Made by a program: the position numbers and the translations under genes. A stretch of DNA of 64,000 nt, taken from assembly GCA_903925535.1 (NCBI GenBank), contig CAIYFY010000235.1:6473-70472 (forward strand), read 5' to 3'. Under the pieces are notes generated by a model, which was given only the letters and a program-made list of their open reading frames with translations, searched no databases and had not been told where the DNA came from. Source of the DNA: an uncultured Bacteroidota bacterium (GTDB taxonomy: Bacteria; Bacteroidota; Bacteroidia; Chitinophagales; Saprospiraceae). Positions within the stretch are counted from its first letter, which is position 1. Each line of letters opens with the position of its first letter. This document shows, one piece after another, positions 19,417 to 27,405 of the stretch.

Positions 19417-19904
19417 TTCTTCTTTCTCCATCCTGTCAGTACAGCCACCGGAGTGATCATCGTGGCTGCGAAAGCTGCCCAGAACCATGGTGACAGCCGG
19501 GCCTCTCCGTCGGTGCCCTGCAGCGTACTCAGTACAGCGGTGAAGAAAAGCAGGGCGCACTCTGCGCTCAGCAGGCGAACCATCACCCGTGCCTTTTTGT
19601 ACTCAATCGGCGCGTTTTCAGTTGTGATGGTTGTCAGATAATTGAACTGGTGCGGGAAACGGGCCAGAATCGTCAGGCCGACCGACATCACCATACTGAT
19701 TGCCGGTAACAGAAAGATCGTCCAGCGGGGTCCATAACCGTCGGCTACCCCCTTTCCGTTGAAGTGGGTAGGTATCTGGTCGGGTAGTTCCGGATAACGG
19801 GAGAGTGCCAGTGCCAGCCCGGCCAGTGGAACAATCAGTGCGATGAAATCCAGGGCGCGCTCCCACAGAGCGAGCGGGGTTGTATCAACAGGCCTTTGCT
19901 GCAT
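19413..19904 (-). CDS. DUF1648-like membrane protein
   Basis: 'YPELPDQIPTHFNGKGVADGYGPRWTIFLLPAI' matches the DUF1648-like pattern. I prefer the internal ATG at 19904 ('MQQRPV...') because the upstream extension overlaps a repeat/hairpin element. Confidence 0.62.
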   Translation of the reverse strand: MQQRPVDTTPLALWERALDFIALIVPLAGLALALSRYPELPDQIPTHFNGKGVADGYGPRWTIFLLPAISMVMSVGLTILARFPHQFNYLTTITTENAPIEYKKARVMVRLLSAECALLFFTAVLSTLQGTDGEARLSPWFWAAFAATMITPVAVLTGWRKKN

Positions 19905-19937
19905 TGCTGTAAATTTCCGGCAAAGATAGGGAGTGGC

Positions 19938-20016
19938 AAAAAAAATCGCAGCAACCACACGGGGCAAGAGCTGATTTACCTCGCGCAGTTACTGCGATCT
20001 GGAAACGTGTTTTGAG
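19938..20016 (-). repeat. ~80-nt repeated hairpin element, copy 1
   Basis: It shares blocks 'aaaaatcgcagcaac', 'aagagctga', 'cagttactgcga' and 'gaaacgtgtt.tgag' with copy 2. On the minus strand, 'tcgcagtaac'/'gttgctgcga' forms a 10-bp stem (one G-U) followed by U8. Confidence 0.6.
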
Positions 20017-20424
20017 TCAGATCAACGGGATGTGCCGGGATTACAGGGCAACGGATTAGAATGCAGTATTATCAGGAATGTTATTTGTGCTGTCAAATTC
20101 TTTCGCTAAGGTAATACCTGACCAAACGGGATGTCTGAAATGAGACGTAAATTGAAAGAACTACATGTCCCAGATTCTTCTGTAAAAATGGTACATGCCA
20201 TTATAATCGGAAAGTGCCGGGTGAACTGCAGTCAGAGGAGATGCGAATTTCATTTAGACGTGCTTGTTCAGGGATCTCTCGCCGGGTCAAAAACAACTCA
20301 TTTTTCACCTTTTTCAGTTACGTAGTACCGGCCATGCTCCTTCAAAACGCAAAAACTGACAAAAAATCAGCCTGTTTTTGCCAACGGCAGAGAATCCTGA
20401 ACAAGCTCTTGCAGATGGAGATAG

Positions 20425-20502
20425 AAAAATCGCAGCAACTACGAAGGCATAAGAGCTGACACACCTTGTGCAGTTACTGCGACGCCTGAAACGTGTTATG
20501 AG
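20425..20502 (-). repeat. ~80-nt repeated hairpin element, copy 2
   Basis: It has the same conserved blocks and the same stem arms as copy 1, 484 bp away. Loop sequences differ, and U5 follows the stem on the minus strand. Confidence 0.6.
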
Positions 20503-20701
20503 CCTGATTAAAGAAGCAGACTATGTATAATTACGGGACGGCTGGCGAACACGGAGAACCGGGATTAGTGCGCCGGTGTCAGTTCGGTACGAAATATGAT
20601 AACTCCGTCCGTCAGCAATTGACCAGTACAAAGATATCGCAGTATGGAGCAGACAGACGAAAGGGGGGTGTACCAATTTGGCAGGTGCATGTCCCGACAT
20701 C

Positions 20702-20725
20702 AAAAAAATCCGGACACACCGGGAT
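20702..20725 (-). terminator. Weak candidate terminator after the TPR/AraC regulator gene
   Basis: A short stem 'atccgg'/'ccgg(g)at' with one bulge is followed on the minus strand by T7. Confidence 0.3.
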
Positions 20726-20738
20726 TTTGCCCGAAAAA

Positions 20739-22562
20739 CTATCTGATGCTCCCGCGGATCCGGCTTCTGTAGTAGGCTGGTCGCACTCCGGTCACCGCTT
20801 CGAAAGCCCTGTAAAATGAAGTGCGCGACCCGAAACCGGCGTCTTTTGCTATGGCTTCTATCGAGTAATGATCAAATTCCGGCAGCTCGAACCGTTTTTG
20901 TACCTCTTTTACCCTTGCCTGATTCAGGAAGACATTAAAGTTGTCAAAACCATTTTCCCTGAGAGCAGCACTGAGTTCCTGCGCACTTACATCCAGATTC
21001 TTCTGTACATCGCTGACACGCATTTCCGGATTGATATAAGGCTTGTCGGCTTCAAAGTAATCAGAGAGGCGTTGCATGATAATGGCATGAGGACTCATTA
21101 ACCCGGCGGAATCACTACCTTTTCTTTCCGCACGATATCGTACCATGAGGGCCTGATAGGCCATACCAAGCCCCCGCTGTAATTTTCGGTTCCAAATAAT
21201 CAGGGCAGTCAGGAGAGCGGCTCCAATGGTAAGTATGATAATCAGTACCAGTCTGAGCTGACTTATTCGTTCCTCCCGCTCAAGTGTTTCCCTCAGCAAT
21301 TTGTTTTCAAGCTCCTTCTCCTGCATTCTGAAAAGCCACTCCTTGTCCAGAATAGCCATTTGCTGTACATCGCTCCTGACAGAGTCCTGAAGAAATCTGA
21401 TTCTGTTATCAAGTCTGACTAACTCGTCCAGCCGACCCAATTTATTATAAACATCCCTGCTTCCATCCATCAAAGAAATGGTATTGTTTATATCCCCATA
21501 TTTCTCGCTGGCCGTAATAGCTTCATCAAAATATTGCCTCGATTTGGCGTAATCACCGGTTTTATATGCTATCTTCCCATAAGCACCAAGTACCTTGGGA
21601 ATACCTTCGGCAATACGGTTTTCCAGACACTGCCGGTACACCTCATCCAGCAGAACACGGGCTGTATCCAGACAAGCGGGTATTTTTTCAGCTTTATCCA
21701 GATAAATATCGGCCTTGTTGAACATACTTATAACCCCGATAAAGTGTCCGGGGTATTTACGAATCATCCTCAGGGATTCATTGTAAAGCAAGAGTGCACT
21801 ATCCGGATTATTCTTAATCAAGTTAATCCCCCAGTCATTCAGTGCCGCGCAAATCCGCAGTGTATCGCGAAGTTCCGAGAATACCTTGTGGCTTTTTTGC
21901 ACATACTCTTTTGCTTTACCCGGATTATTGAGTACCATATAGGCATTTCCCAGTATGGAAAAGGCATCTCCGAGCGCGGTGGAATCTTTCTGCCGCTCTG
22001 CGCAGCTCACTGACTTGAAAAGTAGAGTTTGCGCTTCTTCGTACCGGCCAAACCGTACCTGAGTGGAAGCATAAAGGTTAATAATCGGCGCCTTTTTGCC
22101 GGAATAGAATATCTTATCCATCAGATTGACTGCTTTGGCGCCATACTGTTCAGCCACAGCCAGTCTGCCATTCAGGTAATTGTACCGGCAGAGGCAGTAT
22201 AATGTTTTCAACAGCAGTGATGAATCGGCCCACGCTGTCTTGTCAAAATAATAGTTTTGGATTACCGAGAGAGCCGAATCCGGCATTCCGGTGTTGGCGA
22301 GGGCATCGGCTTTTGCAATCAGGGCTCTTTGGTATACAGAATCGGGTATATTCCTGTCAGCGCATAACCTGATGGCAGAGTCGGCGTAATACAAACTGCT
22401 GTCGGGCCTGGTAGTGGCCAGCGCAAGCGCCCTGTCAGTGATTTTTTCCACTTGTACCGTATCATCATCCGGGCGGCGGTTTATATCACCGGAACAGGAC
22501 CAGAACTGCAGTAATGAAAGGGCAATTGATGCAACCTGAAACAAGGTAATTTGATAGCGCAT
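20739..22562 (-). CDS. One-component regulator: N-terminal signal/lipobox-like segment, TPR repeats, coiled coil, one TM helix and a C-terminal AraC-type HTH
   Basis: The C-terminus 'IEAIAKDAGFGSRTSFYRAFEAVTGVRPAYYR' is AraC/XylS HTH-like. The TM helix is 'LRLVLIIILTIGAALLTALIIW'. The internal ATG at 22562 gives 'MRYQITLFQVASIALSLLQFWSC'. Confidence 0.8.
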   Translation of the reverse strand: MRYQITLFQVASIALSLLQFWSCSGDINRRPDDDTVQVEKITDRALALATTRPDSSLYYADSAIRLCADRNIPDSVYQRALIAKADALANTGMPDSALSVIQNYYFDKTAWADSSLLLKTLYCLCRYNYLNGRLAVAEQYGAKAVNLMDKIFYSGKKAPIINLYASTQVRFGRYEEAQTLLFKSVSCAERQKDSTALGDAFSILGNAYMVLNNPGKAKEYVQKSHKVFSELRDTLRICAALNDWGINLIKNNPDSALLLYNESLRMIRKYPGHFIGVISMFNKADIYLDKAEKIPACLDTARVLLDEVYRQCLENRIAEGIPKVLGAYGKIAYKTGDYAKSRQYFDEAITASEKYGDINNTISLMDGSRDVYNKLGRLDELVRLDNRIRFLQDSVRSDVQQMAILDKEWLFRMQEKELENKLLRETLEREERISQLRLVLIIILTIGAALLTALIIWNRKLQRGLGMAYQALMVRYRAERKGSDSAGLMSPHAIIMQRLSDYFEADKPYINPEMRVSDVQKNLDVSAQELSAALRENGFDNFNVFLNQARVKEVQKRFELPEFDHYSIEAIAKDAGFGSRTSFYRAFEAVTGVRPAYYRSRIRGSIR

Positions 22563-22659
22563 GGGGCGAAATTGTTTGTCAGACAAAGTTACACTACGAC
22601 GGATAATATACACGACAGACGTGTTAAAATGCACTGATAATCTTCAGGTTCAGTATCAG

Positions 22660-24483
22660 CTACTTTCGCAACTGGCTTCGGTAGTAGGCCGGTTTCACAC
22701 CGGTAGTGGCTTCAAATACACTGTAAAACGTTGATCTCGACTTGAAGCCGGCATCTTTTGCAATTGCCTCAATGGTGTGGTGGTCAAATCCCGGATCTTC
22801 AAAGCGACTTTGTACTTCCTGTACCCTGAGATGGTTGATGAAGGCATTGAAATTACTGAATCCCTGTTTTTTCAGTGCCTCTTGCAGTTCCTGCTGTGTA
22901 ATTTGCAGCTGGTTCATCACATCCGATGCTCGTAATTCCGGGTTCAGGAACGGTTTTTCTTTGTCCAGATAATCGCACAGACGCGATTCCACGCTGCCCA
23001 CATAGGCACTCTCCGATGCTTGCAGCAATGGTTGACGGGTTTTGCGCTCCTCGCGATATTGTTCCATCAGTTTATTGTAAGCAGTTGCGAGTCCCTTGTT
23101 AAGTCGCCTGTTTCTGGCAGAAAGTATGAGGGTCACAATCAGGGCAACGGCTAAAATAAGCAGGAGGAACATTCTCAGGTGACTGATACGGGTCTCAAAA
23201 CTGAGAGTTTTCTTCAGCGACTGGTTTTCAAGCTCCTTTTTTTCCAGTTGGTACGTCCATTCTATGTCATTGATAGCTATTCTTTTTTCGGCAACAGAAA
23301 TGGAATCCTCAACCAACCTGATCTTGCTGTCGAGTTTTACCAGTGCAGCCCAGTCATTTCTGTTTTCATAAACGGGCCTGCTTGCCCTCAGAATAGATAC
23401 AGTAGTGTGTATATCTCCTGTTTGCTCACAAAGCTCTATCCCTTTTCTGTAAAGTGCTTCAGACAGGGCGTATTCTCCACGCTGGTAGGCAACGGCAGCA
23501 AGTCCGCTGTATACCTTCGGGATGCCTGACTTTATCCCATTGTCTTCGCATATTTTGAGTACTTCTCCGTACAGCTTCGTGGCTATATCCAGCTGATTGG
23601 GTATGGCCAGTTTGCCGTCTGCATGGATATTGGCTTTGTTGTAAAGGGAAATCACCGAGACTCGTTTGTTGTGTCCATCGGGATCGAGTTCAAGCGCCTG
23701 ATTGTAGTAAAAGAGGGCACTGTCGGGATTGGAATGGCGGTACGTAAGCCCGATATCGCCGAGTACAGCACACAGATGCTCCCGTTCGTCGAGTTGCCGG
23801 ATCAGCCCAAGTGCTTTTCGGTAATACTCCCTCGACCTGATGTTGTCATCGAGATAGCCAAAGATATGCCCGACTCCGACGTGAGCTACGGCCAGACTGA
23901 AAGTGTCTCCGGAAGTCTCCGAAATTCGAATCGCCTTGAACAGCCATTCCTGCGCCTCTTCATACCGCCCCATGTCCTCCAGAATGTCGGCATAAAATGT
24001 CATTATTCCACACCTCTTTTGTTCCGGGCCCACGCGCTCTGCCAGTTGTACAGCCTCTGAGATGTACTTGTATGCGGCATTCAGGTGTGTGTTCTGATAT
24101 CCGTACCAGCCCATGTAGAATAGGGCCATCGTCAGGGCGGAAGAATCAGACCAGCTTTCCTTCTGAAGGTAATATTCCTGTACAACGGAGAAAGCAGAAT
24201 CAGGTTTTCCTGCACTGAGAAGCGCCTCTGCCCTGGCGTTTATGGCTCTTAGATGAAGTGTATCAGGCAGAGACATTCGTACAGACAGGGCCAGCGCCGA
24301 GTCCGCATACACCAGACTGCTGTCTGGATATGCTTTCGACAGGGAGTCGGCTTTGTCGAGCAGACTGGTCACACTGCCGAGCGAATCGCCGGATGATCGC
24401 CCCGGGTTACTGTCGCAGGCTGTCTGGACGCTGCAAACAGCCACGACAAGTGCCAGATGGAAAATATAGTAACGATGAACCAT
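22660..24483 (-). CDS. Paralogue of the previous gene: TPR-TM-AraC-type HTH one-component regulator
   Basis: The architecture is collinear with 20739..22562. The HTH is 'IEAIAKDAGFKSRSTFYSVFEATTGVKPAYYR' and the TM helix 'LRMFLLLILAVALIVTLIL'. The ATG at 24483 gives 'MVHRYYIFHLALVVAVCSVQTAC'. Confidence 0.8.
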   Translation of the reverse strand: MVHRYYIFHLALVVAVCSVQTACDSNPGRSSGDSLGSVTSLLDKADSLSKAYPDSSLVYADSALALSVRMSLPDTLHLRAINARAEALLSAGKPDSAFSVVQEYYLQKESWSDSSALTMALFYMGWYGYQNTHLNAAYKYISEAVQLAERVGPEQKRCGIMTFYADILEDMGRYEEAQEWLFKAIRISETSGDTFSLAVAHVGVGHIFGYLDDNIRSREYYRKALGLIRQLDEREHLCAVLGDIGLTYRHSNPDSALFYYNQALELDPDGHNKRVSVISLYNKANIHADGKLAIPNQLDIATKLYGEVLKICEDNGIKSGIPKVYSGLAAVAYQRGEYALSEALYRKGIELCEQTGDIHTTVSILRASRPVYENRNDWAALVKLDSKIRLVEDSISVAEKRIAINDIEWTYQLEKKELENQSLKKTLSFETRISHLRMFLLLILAVALIVTLILSARNRRLNKGLATAYNKLMEQYREERKTRQPLLQASESAYVGSVESRLCDYLDKEKPFLNPELRASDVMNQLQITQQELQEALKKQGFSNFNAFINHLRVQEVQSRFEDPGFDHHTIEAIAKDAGFKSRSTFYSVFEATTGVKPAYYRSQLRK

Positions 24484-24674
24484 GTTGAGATAACCGGGAT
24501 TCTGCCGCAATACAGAGTGGATTATAACGAAATTTGTCAGCCGGATGTATGAAAACTGACAGGTTGGTATATGAAAAATGTTGATTTGTAAAGGTACCAC
24601 AGTTGTTGTAGTTCCGGTATTTTGTTTTTATATTTCTTGTAAAATAGTACAAAATTCTGTATATGTAGGAACAT

Positions 24675-24714
24675 AGACAGGCAGACTCGCGGTACACCCG
24701 AAATCTGCCTGTCT
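24675..24714 (-). terminator. Perfect 11-bp hairpin between the haloperoxidase-like gene and the regulator gene; possible terminator or regulatory stem
   Basis: 'agacaggcaga' and 'tctgcctgtct' are separated by an 18-nt loop. No clear U-tract follows. Confidence 0.3.
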
Positions 24715-24745
24715 GAACAAATATGAAGTCAATTAAACCCTTTTC

Positions 24746-26293
24746 TTACTCGGCGCCGTCGTTTTTTCCTCTTGTAACGGCGTAGCTTCCCACTTTTTTA
24801 CCCGACTCCAGGCCGACTTCGCAATCGAACCGAAAGTGGATGCAGCCATAAATTCTGGAGTTGGAAGCTTCCTTGGCCAGGGCGTCCATTTCAGCAGCGT
24901 GATCCGGGAACAGATAGCCCAGTACCTCGGCAGCAGCAGCGGAGAAGGTGGAGTGCCCCGAGGTGTATGCCGGGAAGTTCGGAATACCCGTGCTGGTGGT
25001 CACGTTTCTGTCCACCTGTGTGGGACGAGGCAGCAAGTAATAGTATTTTGTATCCCAGCAAACGATTCCTGCGTCCTGTACTGCCGTGCTCATGAGCGCG
25101 AGTGCGCGGGCGCTCCTGATCTCGTTGAGTGTTTTCTCGTATATCAGTTCGCAGGCTGTGCGGTTCCAGTGCCCGGGAGGTGTGTAGGAGCCCACGCCGT
25201 CGGCCCAGAAGGAGGCAATCCGCCACTGTTCGGATGTTCTGTTTTTAGCCAGGTCGCGGAGTTCATCGAGGGCTGACTCAAATTCCGGACTACCCGCTCT
25301 CGGCGGTGCGGCCGGACGAATAGCCACTTTCACCGAATCCGTGAAATTCCATGGTTTTACATTGCCGAAATATGGGAGCATCGGCGGACGTGCGGGGATG
25401 TCCTGACTGACCCACAGGTCGGTATAGCCACGGGAAGTAGCTGCGTCCTTCAATGCCTGATAGCCTGCCTGGTTGTTGGCCTGTCCCATTCTGTCGGTTT
25501 TGGCGTATGCGATGATGCGCTCGGCTACTTTGCGACCCAGCGAATCGCCGGCATCGAGGTCAGACTGTACGTTTGCACCGGCCCACAGGCGACTGTTCTT
25601 GTGCTCTGCCGATTTGGCATCAATCAGTGCTTTCTCGCCCGGAAACAGGAATTTCAGGATTTCCCGTGAAGCCGCAGCAACCACGGCATCCTCGGAAGGC
25701 CAGGAAGGGAGGTCGTTTTCCGGAATCTGCTGAGTAACTGAATTATCGTAGTGCGCAGGTGATTTCCTGTTGTGCTGAAACTTGAGGTTCCATGCCGCTA
25801 CCAGTGCATCGTACTGAGCTACAGACAGCAGGGCAAAGGCCCGGGAGGCATAAGGCGGGTTGCAGAACGGGAAGCGCGGATAGACAGTCGGGTTGGCCGG
25901 ATCGGGCCACGGATAAGTACCGTCGGCATTGTAATTCGGTGGCACATTGTACTGTGCAGCGAATTCACGGGCTATTTCATGCCAGCGAAGTACGCCGTTG
26001 CCGCCCCAGAACTGCGCGGCATCCTTCTGCTCGTCTGTCAGGGTGGCGGCCAAGCGCTTCAGGTCTTCCACCTCCGCGAGATACGCTGAAGATGTGGGTG
26101 CCTCGGGGGCTGGCAGACTGAACTGATCAGCAGAAGAAAGTACATAGGTTTTCCAGCTCCCGGCAGCCTGGTCAAGACTCGTTTCCGGATAGGGTTCGTA
26201 AACCGGATCATCCACTGTTTTGGAACAACGGGTGAACAATACGCCTGCAGTGATACACAGCAAGGCCAGGTATGAGAAGTGAAGTTTTTTCAT
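24746..26293 (-). CDS. PAP2-superfamily protein, vanadium-dependent-haloperoxidase-like (lipoprotein signal)
   Basis: All three PAP2/V-HPO motifs are present: 'KYYYLLPRP' (K-X6-RP), 'YTSGHSTF' (PSGH-like) and 'SRIYGCIHFRFD' (SR-X5-H-X3-D). The lipobox-like start is 'LLCITAGVLFTRCSK'. Confidence 0.75.
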   Translation of the reverse strand: MKKLHFSYLALLCITAGVLFTRCSKTVDDPVYEPYPETSLDQAAGSWKTYVLSSADQFSLPAPEAPTSSAYLAEVEDLKRLAATLTDEQKDAAQFWGGNGVLRWHEIAREFAAQYNVPPNYNADGTYPWPDPANPTVYPRFPFCNPPYASRAFALLSVAQYDALVAAWNLKFQHNRKSPAHYDNSVTQQIPENDLPSWPSEDAVVAAASREILKFLFPGEKALIDAKSAEHKNSRLWAGANVQSDLDAGDSLGRKVAERIIAYAKTDRMGQANNQAGYQALKDAATSRGYTDLWVSQDIPARPPMLPYFGNVKPWNFTDSVKVAIRPAAPPRAGSPEFESALDELRDLAKNRTSEQWRIASFWADGVGSYTPPGHWNRTACELIYEKTLNEIRSARALALMSTAVQDAGIVCWDTKYYYLLPRPTQVDRNVTTSTGIPNFPAYTSGHSTFSAAAAEVLGYLFPDHAAEMDALAKEASNSRIYGCIHFRFDCEVGLESGKKVGSYAVTRGKNDGAE

Positions 26294-26331
26294 ATCAGTC
26301 AGATTTCTTTGTCTGGAATGTTGAAAGGAGG

Positions 26332-27237
26332 TTATTCTCCTACAGTGAAGAAATAGGTGCTACCGGCAGCCCAGGTGGTGGCCAAACCGGCATTGCGACC
26401 AGCAAGAACCTTGCTCACGCTGGCGTGAAAGGCCCACTGGTTGGTCACGAATACCTTGCCGAACCAGCCGGCAACGGTGGCTTCCATCTTGTTGGTCGGA
26501 AATGGTGCATCATTGTAACGGATATCATCGCCACTTATACAGGCATTTCTTTCTATCCAGAATTCTGTCTGAAATCTTGGTTTGATGAATCCAATCCGGG
26601 CTGAAGCATCAAATACATTCGGAACCGGCACCTCATCGGTGTAGTAAAGTTGGTTGTTATACAGGTAGGAATCGCGGTCAATGGTGGTACGGCCTCGCCA
26701 TGTGTGTCCGGCCTGCGCTGTGGCATACAGTCCAAATTGGAAGGTGTAATTGAACACCGCACGCAGGGAGGCCGTCGGGCAACGCAATCCGATACTCAGC
26801 GGCAGCAGATCGTTTACATAACGGGATACAGGAGTGGATACTCCTCCCGTAACGAAGCCTCGCACTTCGCCCGGACCGGCCGATAACGCCAGCGGACGGT
26901 ATTTAAGCCATGCCGACAGATCCTGAACGCCCTGCTGACCCTTCAGGTAGCTGTCGCTGCTGTTCTTGATCCAGGGCAAACCGGCCATTATATTCAGGCG
27001 ATCGGTAATGCCGTAGTTGGCCATCAGCATAACATTGGTCGTGTTGAAGGTGCCCAGATTCGAGTTGCTGCGTCTGTTGGTGCCCTCCCAGTATTCATCC
27101 CAGGTACCGGATGCATACTGACCAAGTATGCAAATCTGATGCTGTGGCATCATCAGTGCATCGGTAGGTGACTGAGCTGTCAGGAGTGAGCAGGTGCCCG
27201 ACAGCAACATGATTGTACAGAGAAGTTTGTTGCGCAT
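26332..27237 (-). CDS. Outer-membrane beta-barrel protein, uncharacterised (possibly MetA-pathway/phenol-degradation-like transporter family)
   Basis: 301-aa ORF with signal peptide 'MRNKLLCTIMLLSGTCSLLTAQ', alternating amphipathic strands and an aromatic residue close to the C-terminus ('YFFTVGE'). The family is uncertain. Confidence 0.55.
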   Translation of the reverse strand: MRNKLLCTIMLLSGTCSLLTAQSPTDALMMPQHQICILGQYASGTWDEYWEGTNRRSNSNLGTFNTTNVMLMANYGITDRLNIMAGLPWIKNSSDSYLKGQQGVQDLSAWLKYRPLALSAGPGEVRGFVTGGVSTPVSRYVNDLLPLSIGLRCPTASLRAVFNYTFQFGLYATAQAGHTWRGRTTIDRDSYLYNNQLYYTDEVPVPNVFDASARIGFIKPRFQTEFWIERNACISGDDIRYNDAPFPTNKMEATVAGWFGKVFVTNQWAFHASVSKVLAGRNAGLATTWAAGSTYFFTVGE

Positions 27238-27405
27238 TGAAATAGCTTTTTTGTTTTATGACAGGGCAAAAATGCGCCTATGGAATGGATTACCTCCTTA
27301 AAAACTCCTTAGACTAATTAAAGGAAGACTGAATTTTGTATGTATCGTAAAAAACAGTCAATCCATAAAATACCTGTATATATTGCACCCGAAAATTGTA
27401 ATGCC

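Noticed and set aside
19905-19967. N-terminal 21-codon extension of the DUF1648-like ORF
   Set aside because: The extension overlaps the repeat/hairpin element and its A/T run. The internal ATG at 19904 gives a normal N-terminus.
20131-20459. Two overlapping small + strand ORFs (64 and 81 aa) in the gene-free spacer
   Set aside because: They have no recognisable motifs, mutually overlap in different frames and show no obvious ribosome-binding context. I treat the region as non-coding with RNA-like repeats instead.
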